Assembly: GCA_942493055.1 (NCBI GenBank)
Contig: OW818680.1
Span: forward strand, 4,038,406 to 4,102,405
Source of the DNA: an uncultured bacterium
GTDB lineage: Bacteria > Verrucomicrobiota > Kiritimatiellia > RFP12 > UBA1067
Direction of reading: 5' to 3'
Length of the DNA: 64,000 bases
Shown: in pieces, positions 1 through 8,797 of the stretch
Position numbering within the stretch: position 1 is the stretch's first letter
Layout: every line of letters starts with the position of its first letter
The notes under the pieces: generated by a model
The model's database searches: none
Seen by the model: only the letters and a program-made list of their open reading frames with translations
Told to the model about the DNA's origin: nothing
Translations under genes and position numbers: made by a program

Positions 1-503
1 ATCGCCGGCACCATCGGTTCGTTCAGCGTCACCCAGTAATCGGGGAAGGCGCCCAACTCCTCGATCACGAAGGTCACGTAGCGCAGGAATTGGCTCACGG
101 TATCCGGATTCTGCCAGTCGCCCTGGGCGGCGACCCAGTGCGGGAGCACCCAGTGGTGCAGGGTGAGGCAGATCTTGAAGTTGTGATGACGAAGGGATTG
201 AAGGATCTTTCGATAATGCTCGATCGCGTCACGGTCGAAATGATCCTTCTGCGGTTCGACGCGGGCCCATTCGATACCGAGGCGGAACCCTTTGTAGGCC
301 AGTTTCGCCATAAGGGCATGATCCTCTTCGTGGCGGTTCCAGTAATCCATGCAGCGGCCCGAGACCGTTTTGTCCACGATGAACCCCTTTTGCTCCCAAG
401 CCCACCAGTCGGAAAATGCGTTGCCGCCCTCCACCTGGTGTCCTCCGGTTGAGGTGCCCCAGATGAAGTTTTCCGGAAAGTCCAGTCTGTCTCTTGGCAC
501 CAT
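1..503 (-). CDS. Glycoside hydrolase family 1 beta-glucosidase, N-terminal ~167 aa; the gene continues past the window start
   Basis: The reverse-strand translation begins MVPRDRLDFPENFIWGTSTGGHQVEGG...TLNEP (GH1 N-terminal signature and the acid/base TLNEP motif). ATG at 503-501. The listed + ORF 90..452 is the wrong strand and frame. Confidence 0.8.
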   Translation of the reverse strand, partial: MVPRDRLDFPENFIWGTSTGGHQVEGGNAFSDWWAWEQKGFIVDKTVSGRCMDYWNRHEEDHALMAKLAYKGFRLGIEWARVEPQKDHFDRDAIEHYRKILQSLRHHNFKICLTLHHWVLPHWVAAQGDWQNPDTVSQFLRYVTFVIEELGAFPDYWVTLNEPMVPA

Positions 504-674
504 GCGTCCTCCCTTACTCGCTTGATGGGGAACAGTGTACTGCGCGCGCTGCCCTTTCGCTATGGGGTGTAACCCTGCTGCGGAATAATTAGAAAGATAG
601 TGCCAACCCATGACTTGCGGAAGGGTGGTAATTATGGTACTTTCAAAACATAATATTCACTGAGGAAGTCTTTC

Positions 675-3611
675 ATGCAATTGGGATGGAATGAGATCAA
701 ACAGCGGGCAGTCCAATTCTCGCGCGAATGGGCTGGCGAGACCCGTGAAGATGCCGAAGCAAAATCCTTTTGGGAAGCATTCTTCAACGTGTTTGGCATT
801 CCTCGGCGGAGCGTCGCCACCTTTGAGGAACCCGTCCGAAAGTTCAACAATCAGTATGGGTATATTGACCTTTTCTGGAAGGGACGGCTCCTCGTTGAGC
901 ACAAGTCCCTCGGAAAAAGTCTCGATCAAGCCGAATCTCAGGCCTTCGACTATCTGCAATCCCTCGCCCGTGAAGGACGCCATGATGAAATCCCCCGGTA
1001 TGTGATCGTCACGGACTTTGATCGTCTCGCTCTCTTTGACCTCGAACCCGACGATGTACGCGATTTGCCTTTGTTTTGCGGTATGCATGTCCAGCGGGTC
1101 GAAATTCGGATAAAAGATTTGCATCGCCATATCCGCCTCTTTGGCTTTATTCCCGGTTATAAAGTTCGCACGTTTGGTCATGAAGACCCGATTAACATCA
1201 AGGCGGCAGAGGTCATGGGGCAACTGCACGATGCCATGAAAGCTGGGGGATACACTGGCCACGCATTAGAACGCTTCCTTGTCCGTATTCTTTTCTGTCT
1301 GTTCTCCGAAGACACCAACATTTTTGATCCGAATGCTTTTACGGAATACATCGAGAACGAGACGCGCCCGGATGGTTCCGATCTTGGGCTACACCTCGCA
1401 CGCCTCTTCCAGGTTCTAGACACCCCGCGTGAACAGCGCCAGAAGAACCTCGATGACCGACTGCTGAACATGCCTTACGTGAACGGCGGATTGTTTTCCG
1501 AGGTTTTACCTCTTGCCGAAATGAACACGGAGATGCGGAATGCGTTGGTGCGCTGTACGTGTTTCGATTGGAGCCGCATATCTCCCGCTGTCTTCGGTTC
1601 GCTGTTTCAGGCAATCATGTTGCCTGCGGAACGTCGCCAGATCGGGGCGCACTACACCTCCGAACGCGATATTCTCAAGTTGATACATGCCCTCTTTCTT
1701 GACGATCTGCGTATGGAATTTGAATCCATTAAACATGATCGCAAAAAACTCGCTGCTTTTCATCAGAAGCTGGGAACGCTCAAATTTTTCGATCCCGCTT
1801 GTGGTTGCGGCAATTTCTTAGTGATCACCTACCGCGAGTTGCGCCTTCTGGAATTGGACGTTCTCGACGCATTGGGTTATGGGGAACAGACCATTACCGA
1901 CATCTCGTTGCTGTCCCACGTAGACGTCGATCAAATGTTCGGCATTGAAATCGAGGAATGGCCAGCCCGCATTGCTGAGACGGCCCTCTGGCTGATGGAT
2001 CACCAAATGAACCTTCTGCTGGCCGAAAAATTCGGCAAATATTACGCCCGCCTGCCACTCACGAAAGCTGCCCGCATCTGTCATGATAACGCCTTGCGAC
2101 TCAACTGGCGCACTGTTATGAACCCTGCCGAATGCTCCTATATTCTTGGCAATCCACCCTTCGTGGGGGCAAAGTTCCAGAGCGATGAACAGCGAAAAGA
2201 CATGGAACTTATAGCAGGCAAGGTTAAAAATTATGGATTAATGGACTATGTGACGGCCTGGTACTTTAAGGCGGCGGAATTCATAAAGGATACACCGACG
2301 CGTGTCGGCTTTGTCTCCACTAATTCCATCACACAGGGGGAGCAGGTCGGCATTTTTTGGAATGCCATGTTTTCCAGAGACATAAAGATTATTTTCGGAC
2401 ATCGCACGTTTGTATGGCAGAGCGAAGCACGTGGCAAAGCCCATGTCCACGTGGTCATAATTGGGTTCGCGAATCAGTTCAGCGGGACGAAGCGTATTTA
2501 TGAAGATCATGAAGGCACATCCGTTGTTACGCAGGTTAAGAATATCAGCCCTTATCTCGTTGAGGGCTCTGATACGGTTATACTGAATCGATCATCCCCG
2601 CTCTGTTCTGTGCCTGGAATTGGCATTGGCAATAAGCCCATCGACGGAGGGAACTATCTTTTTACGCCTGCTGAAAAAGCAGATTTCCTGCGTACTGAAC
2701 CCTCAGCCGCACCCTATTTCAGACGGTGGCTTGGCTCGGAAGAGTTCATCAACGGCATCGAGCGGTGGTGTCTCTTACTGAAAGATTGTCCGCCTGACCA
2801 GTTAAGACGAATGCCGGAGGTCATCAAGAGAATTGAATCTGTCCGAAAGCTAAGACTTGAAAGCAAGAGTCTCCCAACGCAGAAACTAGCGGCAACCCCC
2901 ACACGTTTTCATGTCGAAAATTTTCCTGACGGTCCCTACTTGGTCGTGCCAGGGGTCTCTTCGGAACGCCGCCCCTACATACCCATTGGTTATGTGACAA
3001 ACGATATCATTGCCAGCAATCTATTGAACGTCATCCAAAACGCCACACTCTATCACTTCGGAATTCTCACGTCGTCCATGCACATGGCATGGGTGAGGCA
3101 AGTTTGTGGCAGACTGAAGTCCGATTACAGATATTCAAATAAACTGGTCTACAACAATTTCCCTTGGCCTCAGATGGATGTGTCCCCGCCGGAGGGAGTC
3201 ACGCCTTGCACCGATGCCGACTGTGTCAGGGAGGCTGCAGCGCGGACGTATTGGACTTCTTACCATGAAGGCAGCATAGAAGAGGAGGCGAAGGCCAGGG
3301 AGGGGCACAAGTCCGGACTCCTCAAGGGTGATGCGAAAAAGGTGGCCGACGTGGAGGCGAAGGCGCAGGCGGTACTGGACGTACGCGAGAAATATCCGCG
3401 CTCGACACTGGCCGACCTCTACGATCCCTTGACCATGCCGCCAGACCTCTTGAAGGCCCATGCCGATCTTGACCGAGCTGTTGACCGTTGTTATAGAACC
3501 GCTCCATTCACCTCCGACCGCCAACGCGTCGAATTTCTCTTCGCACTCTATGAGTCCCTGACCGCACCGCTTCTACCGGTAGAGAAGAAGGGACGAAAGA
3601 AAAAAAATTAA
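675..3611 (+). CDS. MmeI-like type IIL (IIG) restriction-modification enzyme: N-terminal PD-ExK endonuclease plus N6-adenine gamma-class DNA methyltransferase and target-recognition region
   Basis: The N-terminus MQLGWNEIKQRAVQFSREWAGETREDAEAKSFW is typical of the MmeI family. DLFWKGRLLVEHK gives D-x9-E-x-K. FFDPACGCGNFLV is SAM motif I and GNPPFVGAKF is motif IV (NPPF). RBS GAGGAAG precedes the ATG. Confidence 0.8.
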   Translation: MQLGWNEIKQRAVQFSREWAGETREDAEAKSFWEAFFNVFGIPRRSVATFEEPVRKFNNQYGYIDLFWKGRLLVEHKSLGKSLDQAESQAFDYLQSLAREGRHDEIPRYVIVTDFDRLALFDLEPDDVRDLPLFCGMHVQRVEIRIKDLHRHIRLFGFIPGYKVRTFGHEDPINIKAAEVMGQLHDAMKAGGYTGHALERFLVRILFCLFSEDTNIFDPNAFTEYIENETRPDGSDLGLHLARLFQVLDTPREQRQKNLDDRLLNMPYVNGGLFSEVLPLAEMNTEMRNALVRCTCFDWSRISPAVFGSLFQAIMLPAERRQIGAHYTSERDILKLIHALFLDDLRMEFESIKHDRKKLAAFHQKLGTLKFFDPACGCGNFLVITYRELRLLELDVLDALGYGEQTITDISLLSHVDVDQMFGIEIEEWPARIAETALWLMDHQMNLLLAEKFGKYYARLPLTKAARICHDNALRLNWRTVMNPAECSYILGNPPFVGAKFQSDEQRKDMELIAGKVKNYGLMDYVTAWYFKAAEFIKDTPTRVGFVSTNSITQGEQVGIFWNAMFSRDIKIIFGHRTFVWQSEARGKAHVHVVIIGFANQFSGTKRIYEDHEGTSVVTQVKNISPYLVEGSDTVILNRSSPLCSVPGIGIGNKPIDGGNYLFTPAEKADFLRTEPSAAPYFRRWLGSEEFINGIERWCLLLKDCPPDQLRRMPEVIKRIESVRKLRLESKSLPTQKLAATPTRFHVENFPDGPYLVVPGVSSERRPYIPIGYVTNDIIASNLLNVIQNATLYHFGILTSSMHMAWVRQVCGRLKSDYRYSNKLVYNNFPWPQMDVSPPEGVTPCTDADCVREAAARTYWTSYHEGSIEEEAKAREGHKSGLLKGDAKKVADVEAKAQAVLDVREKYPRSTLADLYDPLTMPPDLLKAHADLDRAVDRCYRTAPFTSDRQRVEFLFALYESLTAPLLPVEKKGRKKKN

Positions 3612-3619
3612 GTTGTCCG

Positions 3620-6600
3620 TTAATCTAAGTTTTTCAGCACGTTGTCCGGGTCGGTGTCGAGGAGGGGCCAGACGAGATGGCCTTGTTCTTGTTTTTCCAG
3701 ATCGTGGAAGGCGGTGTAGCGCAGGGCATTCGCATCGAGCCAGAGGATGATGGCGTGGCGGTCTTCGGGCTTGGTACGGGCTTGATGCGTCGGAGTCAGC
3801 AAGGCCTGGCCGATGCGCGACTGGAAGGCGCCGCAGCGTCCGGGGATGGAGCGCGAGCCGCCCGTGTTCTTTTCCATCGTGCTGCCTAAGAAGCCGCCGC
3901 CGAACCAATGCGCGTAGGGCCGCAAGCCTTCATAGCTCATGTCCTGCGGGCCTTTCTTCTCTTTCTGGTGGCAGCTCACGCAACGTTGCTCCATGATAGG
4001 CTTGATCTGAAGTGTGTAGCTGATCGGACCCTGGATATTGCATTCAGCCTCCAGTTTCTTTGCCTCGCGACGGAAGGCGATCGGCTGGATGCGCGTGCTG
4101 GGGTTGGCCTCTTGTTTGGACTCGTGGCACCCGATGCAGGTGAGCCGTTCCCCGGGATGCACGAACGCGGCAGAGCGCATGGTCTGGATGACCATGTTTT
4201 TTTCATCCACGACTTGGAAAATGAGCAGGCGTCCGGCAGGCGCTTCGAAATAGGCGCTGCCGTCTGTCTCGATAGGTGTTGTGCCTAATACGACGCGGGG
4301 CGTGTTCTCTTTGCCGTAACCGATATAGGGCTTGTCCATCCAGGGATCGTGCTTGGGGATAACCTGCAACACGCGAAGGCGCGTCGGCTTGCGATCTTTC
4401 GGGAAGGGCTGGTCAGTCACGTTGACGTTGATCACGCCGATGGTTGCACGCTGATCCGCCTCTCTGAAATCTTCGCCTTGCGCGGTGCGCTGAGGAATGG
4501 TCGGGGGCTTCGGCCGTGCGCGCAGGGGCTTGGGATGCGTCAGGCGCAGCCGCGGATCATAGCCGTCCAGGGGCAGGATCTCGCGTTCGCAGACCAGCTC
4601 CTCGTTCCCGTATTTATCCACCAGCACGAGATCTTCCCAGCGGTTGCAGATAAAGAGATCGTCCGTCACAGGCCAGGCTGTGCCATACTTGTAGTGCTGC
4701 CGCCCGGCGCATTCGCTCTCGGGCAGCGGTGAGTAGGGGGTGACGCGGCGCAATTGGCTGAAGTGATAATCGTCCTTGAGGCGCAAGTCGAGAATGCCGA
4801 GTGTGCCGAATGATTCTCCGTGATGCACGGAGAGTGTGGTGACGTAACGGCTGGAGTTGGGGAGCGACCGTGTATGCATCTCGGACATGGGCAAAGCGGA
4901 GGGCGCATCTTTACATCTGCCGAAACGATGGTCGCCATGTGTGTTGTCCTCGAAGGTGTGCCAGGGAAAGGGATAGTTGCCATGTGGCGCGCGCGGGTCG
5001 CGTCCATCGGGATAGGCGATCCAGAAGAGGCTGCCGAGGCAATCCTCGCGGTCGGTGTAGTCCCAGCGCGCATAGACCAGCATTCCGTTGTTGTCCACGC
5101 TGGGATGCCATTCGCTGGTTTCGTAATACGAGAGCGGATAGATGTCGCGTCCGTCATTCTTCATGCTGTGCAGCACAAACGTGGGGACGCGGAGGCGGGA
5201 CGGCTCTGTGAAGCAGCGGATGAATGCGCCGCGCCGCTCGGAGACAAAGACGACGCGGCCCGAGGGGAGTTCCGTCGGGTCGAAGTCGTTCCATGGACCT
5301 TCTGTCAGCTGCCAGATCTTTTTAGCCGCGATATCGAGTTTAAAAATGTTCCAGGTGGTCTCCTCGCTCCATTGCCAGACATGCTGCTTGGACGCGCAAT
5401 GTGCGAAGTAGACGGTCTGGCCGTCGTAACTTACTTCAGGTGACCAGAACGAGCCCTCTGTGATGGGCTTGCCTTGATATTTTCCGTTTTGAACGATCGC
5501 GTTGTCGAGCAGATTGCGCACACGGGGTTGCGCAGCGGTGAAGCCCTCGAGCACAAAAAGTCCACCGCCTTCAATCGTGTTAAAGCCGAAACATTGCGTC
5601 GCGAAATGACCGCCAGTCCGGTCTGTATTCGTCTTGCTGGTCAGCCGCGAGCCGGCATACGTGGCGCGACCGACGAAGAGCATGGAGTTATACGTTTTGA
5701 GTGCCGGGTCCGCCAGCATCACGACGCGTCGCAAGGCGCAGAGCACAAAGACATCCTGAGGCTTTCCAGCGGCCTTGATGCGGTTCAGATCCCGCTGCCA
5801 TTTTTCTGCGTCGGAATGCGCTTTGGCGAAATCAATCAACAATTGCGTTCTGCGCAGCATCACATCAAAGGCGGTCTTCTCCCCGGGCTGGATGAGGGAG
5901 TGTTTGTCGTAGACTTGATCCGCTGCGCCGCGGGGCAATGGCATGGCACCGGTGATTTGATCTTCAAGCTCCTTCACATATTCGGACCAGAAGGCAAGGA
6001 CTCCTGGACGGAACATCTCCGGCTTGAGGGACTCCAGTTGAAAGGAGGGGAGCACATCCAGCGTATAGGTCGCGACAGGAATATTTTTGGGTGGCTTGAC
6101 TCCCGGCGCATAGAGGTTCGCATGGCCTTCGGAGGGAAACAGGGCAGACAGATCCTCAGCCTCGGCCAGCTTTGCTTTTTCCAGCAGGCAGCCATTGACC
6201 TCGACATCGGTCACCTGTCCATCGCCTCGGAGCGTGCCCTCCACCAGCCTGCCGACACCGATCTTGTGATTGCTGGCTGTTACGGCTGGGCGGTTGTAGG
6301 GCGCTTCAGCGACTGTATTGCCATCCATGAGCAGGACAATCTTATCGCGTGTCCAGTTGACCTGTAGATCGTGCCACTGGTTGTCCGCGACAAGGGCGGT
6401 TGATCGGATCTCTGCCGGACGGTTGCCAGGAATATAAAACGACAATACGCCTGACTGGACATAGCTGTAGAGTTCCCAGTGTGCGCCGCTCTTCGGCTCA
6501 TACGCCACGAAGATATTAAACGCGGAACGGTTTGCCGTCTTGACGCGCGCCTTGAGTGTGAGCGGAGGATTCGCCATCTTCTCGTCTGCCGTTGCAAGAT

Positions 6601-6781
6601 AGCCTTGCGGCGTGCGGGGCGAGGTTTCTCCGGCATACAGCAGCGACGCGTCCCATTCCTGTTGATTGAGATTCTGGTTTTGCGTATAGATGCGCTTGCC
6701 GTGCGGGAGCAAGGATGCAGGCGTGTTCGTCACCGCCTGTGCGGTGATGCTGAGCAAGAGTGTTAGAAAAAAAAGTTTCAT
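3620..6781 (-). CDS. Secreted multidomain protein: signal peptide, ConA/LamG-like lectin domain, beta-propeller-like middle region, two C-terminal Planctomycete-type cytochrome c (CxxCH) domains
   Basis: MKLFFLTLLLSITAQA is a signal peptide. An N-terminal jelly-roll region follows (NQWHDLQVNWTRDKIVLLMDGN). The C-terminus has CIGCHESK and CVSCHQKEKKG...ILWLDANA, which resemble PSCyt-type heme-binding modules. Confidence 0.6.
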   Translation of the reverse strand: MKLFFLTLLLSITAQAVTNTPASLLPHGKRIYTQNQNLNQQEWDASLLYAGETSPRTPQGYLATADEKMANPPLTLKARVKTANRSAFNIFVAYEPKSGAHWELYSYVQSGVLSFYIPGNRPAEIRSTALVADNQWHDLQVNWTRDKIVLLMDGNTVAEAPYNRPAVTASNHKIGVGRLVEGTLRGDGQVTDVEVNGCLLEKAKLAEAEDLSALFPSEGHANLYAPGVKPPKNIPVATYTLDVLPSFQLESLKPEMFRPGVLAFWSEYVKELEDQITGAMPLPRGAADQVYDKHSLIQPGEKTAFDVMLRRTQLLIDFAKAHSDAEKWQRDLNRIKAAGKPQDVFVLCALRRVVMLADPALKTYNSMLFVGRATYAGSRLTSKTNTDRTGGHFATQCFGFNTIEGGGLFVLEGFTAAQPRVRNLLDNAIVQNGKYQGKPITEGSFWSPEVSYDGQTVYFAHCASKQHVWQWSEETTWNIFKLDIAAKKIWQLTEGPWNDFDPTELPSGRVVFVSERRGAFIRCFTEPSRLRVPTFVLHSMKNDGRDIYPLSYYETSEWHPSVDNNGMLVYARWDYTDREDCLGSLFWIAYPDGRDPRAPHGNYPFPWHTFEDNTHGDHRFGRCKDAPSALPMSEMHTRSLPNSSRYVTTLSVHHGESFGTLGILDLRLKDDYHFSQLRRVTPYSPLPESECAGRQHYKYGTAWPVTDDLFICNRWEDLVLVDKYGNEELVCEREILPLDGYDPRLRLTHPKPLRARPKPPTIPQRTAQGEDFREADQRATIGVINVNVTDQPFPKDRKPTRLRVLQVIPKHDPWMDKPYIGYGKENTPRVVLGTTPIETDGSAYFEAPAGRLLIFQVVDEKNMVIQTMRSAAFVHPGERLTCIGCHESKQEANPSTRIQPIAFRREAKKLEAECNIQGPISYTLQIKPIMEQRCVSCHQKEKKGPQDMSYEGLRPYAHWFGGGFLGSTMEKNTGGSRSIPGRCGAFQSRIGQALLTPTHQARTKPEDRHAIILWLDANALRYTAFHDLEKQEQGHLVWPLLDTDPDNVLKNLD

Positions 6782-6966
6782 TGGGGTCCTTGTCTAGAAC
6801 TTCAAAAGAATTGCCTTATTGCGTGATTACCGCTTACGCTTTCGGCATTCGCCGAATGGTTTCCGCTTCGCTCCAACGAGCCTTATTGCCTTATTGAAAA
6901 TTCAAACGCTTAACGTTTAACTTTTAACTCTTAATTAAATAAGTTACTCCTTTGTTTATTGCAGTC

Positions 6967-8793
6967 CTACTGCACGAGGTAGCCCAGGTCGGCGAGCCGG
7001 CGGGTCACGAGGGGCAGATCGGTTTTGGAGATCGCGATCTTGAGCTTCTCCACCTTGAGCGTCTTTTCTTTCAGCAGGGGATCCGTGGAGAAGAGCTGGC
7101 GCAACCCCGGGGTGTTGGTCAGGTCGTACACCTTGTATTTGCTTTTGCACTTCAGCGCAACGACACCCTGACTCAGGTCGTCGAGAAAGTTCTGCCAGGC
7201 TGCGGGCGGCGTGGCGGAGATGTTGGACTTGAACTGTTCGATGCGCGCCTGGACCTGCGCATCGGTGATGCAGCCGTGCAGAAAGCTTTTGCGCGTCATG
7301 CGGAAGCAGCCGTCGGAGAGCTTCTCCATGAATTCGAGCAGGGAGAGTTCAGTGACCGGATCGATGTTGCGGCTCGTGACCGTCAGTCGGTCCGGATTCA
7401 GGAAGACCTCCGCGTGTTGACGCTGCTCCCGATTCAGGGTGACCTCGTCCGTCTGCTTGAACGCATACGCGCCGAGGGGTGTGAGGCGCAGGGCAAAGAG
7501 CCCATCCCACGCGGTCAGGAACTCCTCGCCGTCACGCTGCCACGTGGGATGCGTCGGTAGTGAGTAGGCGATTTCGGCGAACCCCAGTGCAGCCAACAGG
7601 AAGGCCGTGCCCTGCAAAAGCGGGGTTATCAGGAAGTCTTGTTGGGTCTTGACAGTCAAGTCGACCTTTCGATGCGTGACGCGACGACCATATTCATTTT
7701 TGTGATCCACGGTCACGCGGCAATGCGGATGGTAGAACAGGTCGAGTGAAATCTCGCGATAGTGTTGATACTTGAGCAGGTTATCGGCGGTCACCCAGCC
7801 CGAGGAGCTGAGCTTGGAGAAGATGGCCCAGAGGGGCATCGGCTTCTCTTTCTGATAATCGTAGCCCATCCGTGTACCGCTTAAATGGCTCAGCAGGACG
7901 TCGTGAAAAAAACGTGTTTTCGTGAAGGCTTCCGCGAGGAAATCGCGTAGGATCACTGCGGGGTCGGGCGGTTCGGACAACATGGCACGCCGGATTTTAT
8001 CGTCGCAGCTTGCGAGCAGGTTGACTAAGAGTTCGGTACGCAGCAACGACAGTTGGGGTGAGTCGCTCGCAACGGGAAAGAATTCGCCGCCTCGGGTGAA
8101 TTCACTCACCGCACGCAGACAGCTCTTCTTGAGACTCCCGTTGCCGATGTACTGCAGATGGCCGCGGTGGATATAATCGGCGACCATGCGCAAATCCTCT
8201 TGGATCGTCTCGTCGCAGCGATACGTCCGCAGGCCTTCAGGAAGCCGCTCGACAGGCTCGAAGGTGTACCCCTTGGGCGTAGGAACGATCTTTCGCAGGC
8301 AGGCGCGTAGCGCGGGAGGCAGCCGTACGACCACGACATCCTTCGGAAATCGACGACTATACTGATAGTAGCTGCCTGGATCAAGCGCGATGAGGGGAAA
8401 CTCAGTCTTCGCCTTCGTCTCCTCGTATGAAATGTCATACTGGATATTGGGTTTGATTGTTTGGGTGTCGGTGATCAGGAAGCCGACCTCTGCTTCCACC
8501 CTCAGGAGCGGAAGGTCGCCAGCCCACGCGAGTAGCGCAAGCACCTTCTGCACGTCTGGAGCAAGAGCCTGGAAAAAGCGCTTTCCGTCGGTCACGGAGT
8601 TGAGCACCCTGACAATCGCGTTGACCATCACGTCCTTGCGGGGAATCCGTTCCAACTTTGGCTCGCCCAAAATCGGGCCCGCAATCTTATCATACAGCGC
8701 CCAAAGCTCGCTATTCTCGTAATATCGTTGGAGGACTTCTGCCAGTGGGGCCCCAAACTGTTTTGGATTTCCCATATCCGCGCTCGCATTCAT
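6967..8793 (-). CDS. Hypothetical 608-aa protein with no recognisable domain; translationally coupled partner of the upstream SNF2 helicase
   Basis: Long ORF with its own GGGGAG RBS, starting 4 nt after the helicase stop. No SWIM CxCxnCxH motif, no nuclease or NTPase motif found by eye. Confidence 0.7.
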   Translation of the reverse strand: MNASADMGNPKQFGAPLAEVLQRYYENSELWALYDKIAGPILGEPKLERIPRKDVMVNAIVRVLNSVTDGKRFFQALAPDVQKVLALLAWAGDLPLLRVEAEVGFLITDTQTIKPNIQYDISYEETKAKTEFPLIALDPGSYYQYSRRFPKDVVVVRLPPALRACLRKIVPTPKGYTFEPVERLPEGLRTYRCDETIQEDLRMVADYIHRGHLQYIGNGSLKKSCLRAVSEFTRGGEFFPVASDSPQLSLLRTELLVNLLASCDDKIRRAMLSEPPDPAVILRDFLAEAFTKTRFFHDVLLSHLSGTRMGYDYQKEKPMPLWAIFSKLSSSGWVTADNLLKYQHYREISLDLFYHPHCRVTVDHKNEYGRRVTHRKVDLTVKTQQDFLITPLLQGTAFLLAALGFAEIAYSLPTHPTWQRDGEEFLTAWDGLFALRLTPLGAYAFKQTDEVTLNREQRQHAEVFLNPDRLTVTSRNIDPVTELSLLEFMEKLSDGCFRMTRKSFLHGCITDAQVQARIEQFKSNISATPPAAWQNFLDDLSQGVVALKCKSKYKVYDLTNTPGLRQLFSTDPLLKEKTLKVEKLKIAISKTDLPLVTRRLADLGYLVQ

Positions 8794-8797
8794 ACGC

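Noticed and set aside
90-452. Listed + strand ORF (120 aa) at the window start
   Set aside because: Its translation is low-complexity and not protein-like, while the opposite strand reads as a perfect GH1 beta-glucosidase N-terminus. The real gene is on the minus strand.
6900-6925. Shared 10-mer AACGTTTAAC between the promoter region at about 6913 and the repeat clutter at about 33330
   Set aside because: The match is too short and AT-rich to distinguish from chance, and there is no extended similarity.
6967-8793. Checked whether the helicase partner is a SWIM zinc-finger protein (the usual partner of bacterial SNF2-associated helicases)
   Set aside because: There is no CxC...CxH arrangement anywhere in the 608 aa. 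Its Cys residues are isolated.
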